IMG/VR virus record: IMGVR_UViG_3300046808_001035
Source: a virus
Length of the DNA stretch: 64,000 nucleotides
Strand: one strand, 5' to 3'
Shown: piece by piece, positions 9,173-16,480 of the stretch
Layout: each line of letters begins with the position of its first letter
Position numbering within the stretch: the first letter of the stretch is position 1
Notes under the pieces: generated by a model
Database searches by the model: none
What the model was told of the DNA's origin: nothing
What the model saw: the letters and a program-made list of their open reading frames with translations, nothing else
Position numbers and translations under genes: made by a program

Positions 9173-10183
9173 TTAGCTAAAAAAGAAGAGTAATGCAAGC
9201 GTAATAAGTATTGTGAGTACGATGATAAACGGTAGAGCTGGCTTCTTTTCTTCCACAACAACCACAGGTTCTGGTGCAGGAGGCACAACAGGCTCTACAA
9301 CCTCAATAACCGGAGGCTCAACAACTGGCTCGACCACAGGTTCAGGCGTAGGCTCAATTACCGGTTCTGGCTTGGGCTCTTCAACAGGGTCACTCTCATA
9401 CTCATCGCTAGTCTCTGTAAGTCTGACAGTCCAGAAGTCAAAGCTGTCGTTGCTCATGATATAGCTCAATGGAATATAGCAATATCCCTTGTCTCCCCAG
9501 TTTGTTCCCCAGCTATTCTGCACAATCAGATATTCTTGCCCATTGTAATTTTTAATATACCCTACAGCGAGCATGCAGTGAGCGCCTACAAACTTCTCTG
9601 ACTCTCTGTCAGGAGCGAGCATAAACCCTCCCATGAGCTCCATGAAAGGATCGAAGAAAGACGCGTATAAGTTTAATCCAAACGCAAAAGGATAACCGTC
9701 GTTTAGACAGTTGAGCCACTCATCTTTGTTAAAATCGTCTATTTTAAGATATTCTAAAGCCTGATGCTTCTCAGCAATCTTCCATGCCTCTTCAGGCGGA
9801 TTTTCATTATAGTTTTCAATTATATAGGGCCATACCCTCTCCATACTCACACCATCTCTAGCTAAGCTTTTAAGAGCATCGCGTATAGCTGCCCCAGAGT
9901 CAGTCAATATGGGGGCTACAGCTTTGCGAGTAGCATAGTATGTGAACAGTGGGCTAGGCATCCAGCGAACCATGCTGTGCTTTCTGCGAACAAAGTCGAA
10001 CATCGAGGTAGCGGCAAAAGCCGTACACGAACCTATATTTCCTTGGGCTCTAGGAACGCTGCAGTCTTTTCTAAGGTCTATATTGTTTAGCTCGGTCCAG
10101 TGTGTAAGCTTTGGTTTATACGGTCTGTCCCTAGGATCTTCCACTTGTTTATTGCAGCCATGCTTAAAATCTTCAATATTCAT
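9173..10183 (-). CDS. Papain-like cysteine peptidase (C1A) with Pro/Glu-rich stalk and C-terminal membrane anchor
   Basis: QGNIGSCTAFA (Gln/Cys), GAHCMLAVGY (His), QNSWG..WGDKGY (Asn); C-terminal hydrophobic helix LPFIIVLTILITLALLFFF. Confidence 0.9.
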   Translation of the reverse strand: MNIEDFKHGCNKQVEDPRDRPYKPKLTHWTELNNIDLRKDCSVPRAQGNIGSCTAFAATSMFDFVRRKHSMVRWMPSPLFTYYATRKAVAPILTDSGAAIRDALKSLARDGVSMERVWPYIIENYNENPPEEAWKIAEKHQALEYLKIDDFNKDEWLNCLNDGYPFAFGLNLYASFFDPFMELMGGFMLAPDRESEKFVGAHCMLAVGYIKNYNGQEYLIVQNSWGTNWGDKGYCYIPLSYIMSNDSFDFWTVRLTETSDEYESDPVEEPKPEPVIEPTPEPVVEPVVEPPVIEVVEPVVPPAPEPVVVVEEKKPALPFIIVLTILITLALLFFFS

Positions 10184-10184
10184 A

Positions 10185-11771
10185 TTATCTATATTTGAGG
10201 TTTAATTCAGTCTGTGTTTTATATTCTGATGGTAGATGTACCTTTTTTGGTGCAGCTTCTTCTCCCATATCGAGGAATTTTCTAAGCTCAGATTTAGCTT
10301 TGTTTCTAGCTCTGCTTTTAACTGCAGCTTTCTGACCTGCTCTTAGAGCAGCTTTATCTCCAGTGAGAATAGCTTTTCTGATATGATCTGGCATAGCTGC
10401 AGTTTTTTCGTAAGGATATTCTTTTAGCTTAACGTGCTTGTTGAAAAATTTACCAGGGCTCTTCACTCGTTTAATCCGATCGAATATAGTTTTAGGAACA
10501 TCTAGATATTTATATTCAGAACCACTATGGAAAGCTACATCTAGAGATTTACTAGGTTTGTCGTACCCTACAGCTCGGATGTTAGAGCTCTTTAATGGAT
10601 AGGTTGCTTCGCTTGATTTTAATACGCAGCCTATTTTCTCGAACAATGAACTGTGATCTTCGCCACACTTACAATTCCACTTCCTTAAGGACTTGTTGAT
10701 ACGACTGTCTGGATCACTCTGAGCTTTGCTTCCTGTGTTCACTCGCTTCATCCCACACATACGACTACAGAAGCTGTTTTGACGCTTAGCTCTATCTCCT
10801 TTAGGGTTGCTCTCTGTGACTGGAGCTTTGAGTGTTCCTCCTGTTTGTTTTTTATAGCTGGCTCTTCCTTTAGCATTCAATCCGCCTTCAGGATTCTTGC
10901 CTTCGCTACGCTGCCATGCAGGACTAGCTGCAGATTCTTTACTCAATTTATCCCATTGTTTCTTGTCTGGATAATCCTCATCTCCAGGTTTAGCAGCTTT
11001 CTCTCCACGCTTTCTCTTTGCATGAATATTTGCCCATAGGCCAGGACGCTCAGCAGACTGCTTTTCCATTGAAGCAGTCTTCTCTACAGGACAACATAGA
11101 TCACCTTTTACCTCATAACCCTCTGGAACACTATATTCCATTTCCTTGAGATACTCACCACTGAATGCTTTACCTTCATCTACTAGCTTAGCTACCTCTT
11201 TAGGTACCCCTGCAACCTTCTCTATATACGCGTACAGGTCCAACACTTCACTTGTTTTCTCTAACTCAGTATAGCCTTCAACCTCAAACCCTAGTTTACC
11301 CAATAACTCAACATCTTCATTATTTACGAACAAGCCACCATCAACATCAGCTATTCCAGTATTACGACTATATGCTATAGCTCTCTTACTTAACAATGTT
11401 CCTTCTCTAGGATCGGTTGGCTTTGATATATCTGGCAGCTTCTCTAATACTCGTGGAATCTTTGTGAACTGCTTGTTATGCTGTGGCGCTGGTACACCTG
11501 TGTTATATCCTCGTGCAGGATTAGATACAGGTGTAGTTATTGCAGGCTTGGCTGAACTTGCGCCTGACAATGGAACACTGTTAGGGTTAGTCACAGTAGG
11601 TTGTAGAGATTTAATCTTATTCTCTAATGAACTCTCGTCAGGGTTAGGATTATCCTGCTCACCGTTCTCTGATGGTGCGTAGCCCTGAAGCTCTAGAGCA
11701 GTTTTTTCTTTTTTTCTGTTTTCTGCTGAAGAAAGTTTGAGAAAATTGAGATATTGTACAAGCGCAGACAT
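10185..11771 (-). CDS. Modular protein: GLWANIH module, DUF6321-like module, KTSC domain
   Basis: GLWANIHAKRKRG; AWQRSEGKNPEGGLNAKGRASY...SFCSRM...SRINKSLRKWNC; SSNIRAVGYD...L.V.F.SG..Y.Y..VP...S.GKFFN..VK. Confidence 0.75.
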   Translation of the reverse strand: MSALVQYLNFLKLSSAENRKKEKTALELQGYAPSENGEQDNPNPDESSLENKIKSLQPTVTNPNSVPLSGASSAKPAITTPVSNPARGYNTGVPAPQHNKQFTKIPRVLEKLPDISKPTDPREGTLLSKRAIAYSRNTGIADVDGGLFVNNEDVELLGKLGFEVEGYTELEKTSEVLDLYAYIEKVAGVPKEVAKLVDEGKAFSGEYLKEMEYSVPEGYEVKGDLCCPVEKTASMEKQSAERPGLWANIHAKRKRGEKAAKPGDEDYPDKKQWDKLSKESAASPAWQRSEGKNPEGGLNAKGRASYKKQTGGTLKAPVTESNPKGDRAKRQNSFCSRMCGMKRVNTGSKAQSDPDSRINKSLRKWNCKCGEDHSSLFEKIGCVLKSSEATYPLKSSNIRAVGYDKPSKSLDVAFHSGSEYKYLDVPKTIFDRIKRVKSPGKFFNKHVKLKEYPYEKTAAMPDHIRKAILTGDKAALRAGQKAAVKSRARNKAKSELRKFLDMGEEAAPKKVHLPSEYKTQTELNLKYR

Positions 11772-11872
11772 AAAGGGGCAGGTTTAACTCTTATTTGATT
11801 ATATCTGATAGCCTAGGTCTCTAATAGCTAAAAAAAAGAATATTTTAAATACTTATTATTTTATTAGTTGAT

Positions 11873-11902
11873 AGCTAAAAAAATGCCGGATTCACCTCCG
11901 GC
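11873..11902 (-). terminator. Terminator with AGCT tail closing the cassette array
   Basis: GCCGGA-GGTGAA-TCCGGC-A-TTTTTTT-AGCT. Confidence 0.8.
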
Positions 11903-11921
11903 TGGTACCTGAATGACAGGC

Positions 11922-12236
11922 TTATTTAAAAACAATCGCCTTTGCGGCGATTATGGCTGCGGGAACTATATCAAATCCCCGAGCTGGTATGCTGATAGCC
12001 TCATCCTCTGAACCACCCGCCAACTCTTTGGCGGTGACACTAAGGAATTTGGTGGCTATTAACGGTAATAGATCCGCACCATCTCTTTTAAAGGAGAGGC
12101 ACACACCCCCCTCTAGGGAAGGGTGTCCGAAAATAATGGTGGGGTTTGTTGCCCCTCTCCACCATTTCCAGACCCACCCTCTGAAGCTGACCATACCGTT
12201 AAGCATGTCCATGATTCTTTTCATTTCAGTATCCAT
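11922..12236 (-). CDS. Hypothetical protein (cassette F)
   Basis: 104 aa ORF lying between a promoter and a terminator. Confidence 0.6.
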   Translation of the reverse strand: MDTEMKRIMDMLNGMVSFRGWVWKWWRGATNPTIIFGHPSLEGGVCLSFKRDGADLLPLIATKFLSVTAKELAGGSEDEAISIPARGFDIVPAAIIAAKAIVFK

Positions 12237-12331
12237 AATTCAAAAACTTAAACCTCTACTAGGTTAAAAACAATTTAGGGTAGAGGCCCACAACTGTTAA
12301 ATCAAAAGCTAGTCAGCCTCTGATTCAATTT

Positions 12332-12407
12332 ACTATACCACTAACTATGCAGTTTATCTGAGGGGGGGGTACCTAATAGCTAAAAAAAGAGAGGGATCGA
12401 GCCTCTC
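12332..12407 (-). promoter_or_regulatory. Cassette junction J6: terminator, T7-AGCT, GGTACC-polyC, promoter
   Basis: GAGAGG-CTCGATC-CCTCTC TTTTTTT AGCT ATTA GGTACCCCCCCC T CAGATA-N14-TGGTATAGT. Confidence 0.8.
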
Positions 12408-12458
12408 TGGACTATAGCTAGTCAGCCTAACCACTCTACCGCAGGTTACGCGCTTTTG

Positions 12459-12686
12459 TTAATCTTCTTCCTTGTGTAGGTCCTCATCAAGGACATACAC
12501 ATTGATTCCTGGGCTCAGGGTGTCGTCGTTCCAGAAGGTTTTTCCTTCCAGATCGATACACATCCCACCAGGGTGGGAGAACTCCCAATCCGGAATAACG
12601 ACTCGAGAATGGTCGTCATTATACAACACTAATTCTGGCTCCTCTACAGAGGCCGCAAAATCAGGCCAATTTAATACTAAGTGCAT
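12459..12686 (-). CDS. Small acidic hypothetical protein (cassette E)
   Basis: 75 aa ORF ending shortly before the J6 terminator. Confidence 0.55.
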   Translation of the reverse strand: MHLVLNWPDFAASVEEPELVLYNDDHSRVVIPDWEFSHPGGMCIDLEGKTFWNDDTLSPGINVYVLDEDLHKEED

Positions 12687-12902
12687 AACTGAACTGATCT
12701 ATACCTTTTCTAAGGGCAGTACGACTAGGGCGATCAATCCTAGAAGCGCTTAATAAACACTGTATCTTCACATGAAGATAGGGGATAGAGCGCTTCGAAT
12801 CACCCTATCCCCTATGACTTGTACCATGTACTTGTCTTCAGTGCCTTTCGGCGGAAATTGTGTAAGTTTATTTATAGTCGAGAGCTCACTTCGACTAGCT
12901 GA

Positions 12903-13067
12903 CTAAGCATTGAAACCAGAAGTGACTACTACGGTTTCCTCTTCTTCTACCTCTTCTGTCAGTTCCCAAGGATCTACGTCACTGAATGACGTAGTGTCCC
13001 AAATATTGACAGCTGCCATACCGTTAACAGTCAAAACCAACATAAGGCTAAGGGCTAATGTCTTCAT
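12903..13067 (-). CDS. Small secreted peptide with VDPWE motif (cassette E)
   Basis: MKTLALSLMLVLTVNGMA signal peptide then acidic mature part containing DVDPWE; start set at ATG 13067, downstream of the promoter. Confidence 0.7.
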   Translation of the reverse strand: MKTLALSLMLVLTVNGMAAVNIWDTTSFSDVDPWELTEEVEEEETVVVTSGFNA

Positions 13068-13075
13068 AGTACCAT

Positions 13076-13170
13076 AATATACCATAACCGTGTTGTTTTA
13101 TCTATGGGGGGTGGGGAGGGGTACCCAAGAGCTAAAAAAAGAGTCTTACTCCCCTCAGAGGGGACGCTCT
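13076..13170 (-). promoter_or_regulatory. Cassette junction J5
   Basis: Hairpin (TCCCCTC/GAGGGGA core), TTTTTTT AGCT CTTG GGTACCCCTCCCCACCCCCC A TAGATA-N14-TGGTATATT. Confidence 0.8.
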
Positions 13171-13180
13171 TTAAATTCAG

Positions 13181-13384
13181 CTAGCGCATTCCAGCTTCTT
13201 GTTGCTGGATGATAACGAAGGCTACCCTTGCTATTCCAAGATTAGTCTCTCGGAAATCTCTGAGCTCCCAACCACGGATTTTTTCGTGGTTGCTTTTAGG
13301 TTCTAGAGCTTTTGCTCTGAGTCTCGCTATTTCTATATCTGCCTTCTCAAGCAGATCTTTTTTCGGTTTTGTTTTTGTGGGCAT
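13181..13384 (-). CDS. Hypothetical protein (cassette D)
   Basis: 67 aa ORF ending at the J5 terminator. Confidence 0.55.
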   Translation of the reverse strand: MPTKTKPKKDLLEKADIEIARLRAKALEPKSNHEKIRGWELRDFRETNLGIARVAFVIIQQQEAGMR

Positions 13385-13433
13385 AAAAAGTGTGGAATAT
13401 TATTTAAGGTCGTTATCCACATCGACCAGCAGA

Positions 13434-13784
13434 CTAGGCTAGCACGCTCTTTTTGAGTCGATACTTATCAGCCAATTCAGCCAATGCATCTCTCCAGAGT
13501 TTTACGACGAGGTCATCATGGATCTCTTGCAGTTCTCTGATCAGCTTGAGATGCTTCTTGGGGGCATAGTTCGTTTCAACTAGATCTCTCCAAGTTTTCA
13601 TCTCAATTTTGCGGTCATACTCATCATCCGCAATGAGACAACCTGCTGCACATCGAAGCGGACCATGATGATATCTGCATGTCACCTGTGTGGCGCTTCG
13701 CACGTTTTGTTCGAGCAGGTGCTTTGCTACCTGATCGAAGACTTGCTGCCTCGTGCTCTTATTGAGTGTTTTCAGTGTGATCAT
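13434..13784 (-). CDS. MITL/CAAGCLI paralogue family member (cassette D)
   Basis: Start set at MITLKTL; QVFDQVAKHLL..C.Y...LRCAAGCLIADDEY...LIRELQEIHD shared with four other ORFs. Confidence 0.75.
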   Translation of the reverse strand: MITLKTLNKSTRQQVFDQVAKHLLEQNVRSATQVTCRYHHGPLRCAAGCLIADDEYDRKIEMKTWRDLVETNYAPKKHLKLIRELQEIHDDLVVKLWRDALAELADKYRLKKSVLA

Positions 13785-14119
13785 AGATATCCGTGGGTTT
13801 CGAACTTTCCATTTTCTTTTTCTAGCAGTATTTGGAAATTCGTTTTCTCGAATTTGCATATGAGGTTGTGTAGAACCTCTATATGCTTTTTGAATATGAA
13901 AACCCCGATTACTGTCTCTCCATCGAGGTTCGGCTTCAGCTCTTCTAGCGTAGCCTGTAGGGGTTTTACCCTACTATCAATAACCATACCCACAACCGGA
14001 GTACAGTCTCGCAGTTTTGGAAAAGCTGCGGCAAGATGACTATGAGATATCTTCTCGATATCTTCACCACTCTTGTTGTCTTTTGTGGGGACTACCACAA
14101 TCGCCGTTTTAATCTTCAT
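13781..14119 (-). CDS. Hypothetical protein (cassette D)
   Basis: 112 aa; ATGA overlaps with both neighbours. Confidence 0.6.
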   Translation of the reverse strand: MKIKTAIVVVPTKDNKSGEDIEKISHSHLAAAFPKLRDCTPVVGMVIDSRVKPLQATLEELKPNLDGETVIGVFIFKKHIEVLHNLICKFEKTNFQILLEKENGKFETHGYL

Positions 14120-14358
14120 AGCCAGTGTCTGTTTCTGATTAATTCGATCATAGCGTTTTTGTTGCTGACAGGCCCAACAGCACCAATATTTGGGCTCGTG
14201 ATTTTCTCACGGCGGCCATACTGCTTCGCTAAAAGCGTACTCATTTTTTTTCTGACATCCTCAAGATTGAGGTCCCTCACCATGGACCTCTTCTCTCTTG
14301 TTAGTTTTACCTCCTCTTTAACGAGTTGGAGGAACTCGCTGTTTTCAGTTTTTTTCAT
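14116..14358 (-). CDS. Hypothetical protein (cassette D)
   Basis: 80 aa; first gene after the J4 promoter. Confidence 0.6.
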   Translation of the reverse strand: MKKTENSEFLQLVKEEVKLTREKRSMVRDLNLEDVRKKMSTLLAKQYGRREKITSPNIGAVGPVSNKNAMIELIRNRHWL

Positions 14359-14402
14359 TTTGGTTTAGGGTTAAGCTAGAGGCTAAATTTCTCTAGCAAT
14401 AT

Positions 14403-14464
14403 ATTATACCAAAAAAAGAGCCTAAAATCTGATAGCTAAAAAAAGAGAGGGATTGAACCTACTC
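14403..14464 (-). promoter_or_regulatory. Cassette junction J4 (lacks GGTACC-polyC)
   Basis: GAGTAGG-TTCAATC-CCTCTC TTTTTTT AGCT AT CAGATT-N14-TGGTATAAT. Confidence 0.8.
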
Positions 14465-14481
14465 TTTTTACTGTCTCAGGA

Positions 14482-14613
14482 CTAACGCACAAGGCGCTTG
14501 AGTCCTGAAACTCCAATCAGGATGAACATCACCGGCACGAGTACAGGTGACAGTTCAATCAGAAGGGTGACCACACAGGCAACCCACAATACTAAGGCTA
14601 GAATTTTAACCAT
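14482..14613 (-). CDS. 43-aa hydrophobic membrane peptide (cassette C)
   Basis: Manual translation MVKILALVLWVACVVTLLIELSPVLVPVMFILIGVSGLKRLVR; below the ORF-track cutoff. Confidence 0.55.
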   Translation of the reverse strand: MVKILALVLWVACVVTLLIELSPVLVPVMFILIGVSGLKRLVR

Positions 14614-14674
14614 AGGATTAGTGCTGTTAATTTTAACAGAACGCTCACAACAATCACTGAGAGAAACATGTTTC

Positions 14675-14986
14675 TCATTTCTTTAGAGAGTTTATTTTCA
14701 CTATTACTTCTTCTGTCAACTTATTTACTGCATTGCTCGCCTCCTTCAAGGCTTTGTCAAACCTGACCTTGATTGCTTGCTCAAGATCAGGTTCCTCACG
14801 CATTTTTGCTATAACAGCTTTTGCTGCCTGAAGCTCTGCGTGAACACGAAGAATTTCTTCATCCTTCGATACACCTTCCGCCTCCATCTTACTCAGCAGA
14901 AGCCGAATCTCTTCGGCTGGTGAGCTCGCGTTCGCAAAGAAACTGAAAGTGATAACTGCCAACACTGCAATGATGAGTTTTTTCAT
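14675..14986 (-). CDS. Secreted coiled-coil protein (cassette C)
   Basis: Signal peptide MKKLIIAVLAVITFSFFANA, helical body. Confidence 0.7.
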   Translation of the reverse strand: MKKLIIAVLAVITFSFFANASSPAEEIRLLLSKMEAEGVSKDEEILRVHAELQAAKAVIAKMREEPDLEQAIKVRFDKALKEASNAVNKLTEEVIVKINSLKK

Positions 14987-15048
14987 GGTTTGGTTTGGTT
15001 AACTGAAGAATCTGTGTAGCTGAATGCTACTAGTTCCAGATTCAAAGT

Positions 15049-15125
15049 ATTATCCCACGAATATCTTATTTTTAACAGGGGGGGTACCCAGGAGCTAAAA
15101 AAAGAGAGGGATTGAACCTTTCTTT
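15049..15125 (-). promoter_or_regulatory. Cassette junction J3
   Basis: GAAAGG-TTCAATC-CCTCTC TTTTTTT AGCT CCTG GGTACCCCCCC TGTTAA-N14-TGGGATAAT. Confidence 0.8.
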
Positions 15126-15129
15126 TATA

Positions 15130-15303
15130 CTATGCACCGACACTTCCGTTTTCAGCCGGATGAGTACCGGCATCAAACGCAGGGGACTCATGCACGTCTT
15201 CCCACGGATCCACTGGGGACCATGGAAGTGAGGATTCGATTACGGTGAACGCATCAGCATTCACCGCAGCCAATACAATAATTAACAATACAAGTTTTTT
15301 CAT
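15130..15303 (-). CDS. Small secreted peptide with VDPWE motif (cassette B)
   Basis: Manual translation MKKLVLLIIVLAAVNADAFTVIESSLPWSPVDPWEDVHESPAFDAGTHPAENGSVGA (57 aa); not in the ORF track. Confidence 0.75.
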   Translation of the reverse strand: MKKLVLLIIVLAAVNADAFTVIESSLPWSPVDPWEDVHESPAFDAGTHPAENGSVGA

Positions 15304-15329
15304 AATATCTAATAGTTCCTACTTAAAGC

Positions 15330-15378
15330 ATTATCCCAGAATAACCTTATTTTAACTGTGGGGGGGAGGGGCTAAAAA
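15330..15378 (-). promoter_or_regulatory. Cassette junction J2 (collapsed variant)
   Basis: TTTTTT AGC CCCTCCCCCCC A CAGTTA-N14-TGGGATAAT. Confidence 0.7.
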
Positions 15379-15512
15379 ATTCAATATTGCTCCACCACAT
15401 TATATGTTGGTGCATTGCATTATTACAATGAATTGTACTAGTGCCTCTCGAGCGCTCGATCTGTCTGACTGACTCTCATCAATCATTCTGACTCGTCGTA
15501 ACGTTTCAAAGT

Positions 15513-15593
15513 ATTATATCAGATATTATCGGATATCCCTAGGGGGGGGTACCTGAGAGCTAAAAAAAGGGAGAGCTGTGAAGCCCTCCCTTT
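15513..15593 (-). promoter_or_regulatory. Cassette junction J1
   Basis: GGGAGGGC-TTCACA-GCTCTCCC TTTTTTT AGCT CTCA GGTACCCCCCCC TAGGGA-N14-TGATATAAT. Confidence 0.8.
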
Positions 15594-15616
15594 CTTATAC
15601 TAACTATTGACCCAGG

Positions 15617-15811
15617 CTACGCAGCCATCAGATCAACTACAGTGTTGCGCTTACCGCTAACCGATTTAGCGCACCCGCGCCACGGCGAACGACGCTTGTT
15701 GTCTGGATTCTTCGCTTTATCAGCAAAGCTGGTAAGACAAATCTTACCATGGAAATGCTGCTTTGCCTTACGAGTTGCCGACGCTTTTGCTTTTGTTGCT
15801 TTGTTAGCCAT
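15617..15811 (-). CDS. Small basic protein
   Basis: Start set at MANKATKAKAS (the ORF-track extension is tRNA sequence); 64 aa, Lys/Arg/Ala-rich. Confidence 0.65.
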   Translation of the reverse strand: MANKATKAKASATRKAKQHFHGKICLTSFADKAKNPDNKRRSPWRGCAKSVSGKRNTVVDLMAA

Positions 15812-15881
15812 AATACTGATATTTACTGCGTTACTGAAATGGTGCACCAGGCAGGACTCGAACCTGCGACCAACCACTTAG

Positions 15882-16480
15882 CTTCCTACTCTATATTACT
15901 ATAGCCAACTCATGTTGTTGTAGGCTGGACTATGTCTTCACCTTTACAGGTGGAATGCGTATAGTCTCTACGGAACCCCTGTGACTGGGTTTCCTCGGCG
16001 TTGTCCATAAACCTAGTATAGACTTCTTGGATATTCGCCGAAATAGCATTCTCCACTTCTACGGTTTTTACACCCAACTGTATATTTCTAGAGAGCTTTC
16101 CTCTGCATGCTTTCGAACAACAAGTATACTTGCCGTTTTTACTCAGATGTGTTTGGTTGTGTACTCTATCAAATATAACTCCACAATTTGGACATTTTAG
16201 TTTTACCCATTTACGTCCATGCTCGTGTGCGTGTAAGGTAGCGTGCTCATTTAAAATCATAACTTCTAGATTCTCTATACGATTATCTTTTTTATTATGG
16301 TTTTTATGATGCACAACTTCCGATTTATCGAGAATACGGTTCAGGTGATTTTCAACTACGATGCGATGCTCTAGCACATATCCATGCTTGGTAGCATTAG
16401 GATGTGCTTTAACTTTCATATAGTTGTATTCTCCTTTACTGATCACTTTCTCGATTTTCCACATAGAAGGCTCCTAACTG
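15882..16480 (-). mobile_element. Group I intron (599 nt) in the tRNA-Arg anticodon
   Basis: U before the 5' splice site and terminal G; P1 (CUU|C with GGAG), P10 (CUAA/UUAG), P3 GAAUGC/GCAUUC, P4 UCGGCG/CGCCGA, P7 GACUA/UAGUC, P8 CACCU-GUAA-AGGUG; R GUAGAGACUA and S AAGACAUAGUCC elements. Confidence 0.9.
15910..16464 (-). CDS. Intron-encoded HNH homing endonuclease
   Basis: HGYVLEHRIVVE...EVVHHKNHNKKDNRIENLEV...H plus CxxC...CSxxC finger; AGGAG 6 nt upstream of ATG. Confidence 0.9.
   Translation of the reverse strand: MWKIEKVISKGEYNYMKVKAHPNATKHGYVLEHRIVVENHLNRILDKSEVVHHKNHNKKDNRIENLEVMILNEHATLHAHEHGRKWVKLKCPNCGVIFDRVHNQTHLSKNGKYTCCSKACRGKLSRNIQLGVKTVEVENAISANIQEVYTRFMDNAEETQSQGFRRDYTHSTCKGEDIVQPTTT

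Noticed and set aside
12810-12860. Hammerhead ribozyme suggested by CUGAAGA and a nearby GAAA
   Set aside because: GAAA does not follow a stem II and stems I/III could not be built.
13105-13126. G-quadruplex at the junction G-runs
   Set aside because: At most three G-tracts here and a single run at most other junctions.
11820-15600. CRISPR array reading of the repeated junctions
   Set aside because: Spacing is 0.13-1.2 kb and irregular, the intervals hold genes, and no cas genes are present.
15812-15877. N-terminal extension MVGRRFESCLVHH of ORF 15617..15877
   Set aside because: It is mostly the tRNA-Arg 3' exon read as protein.
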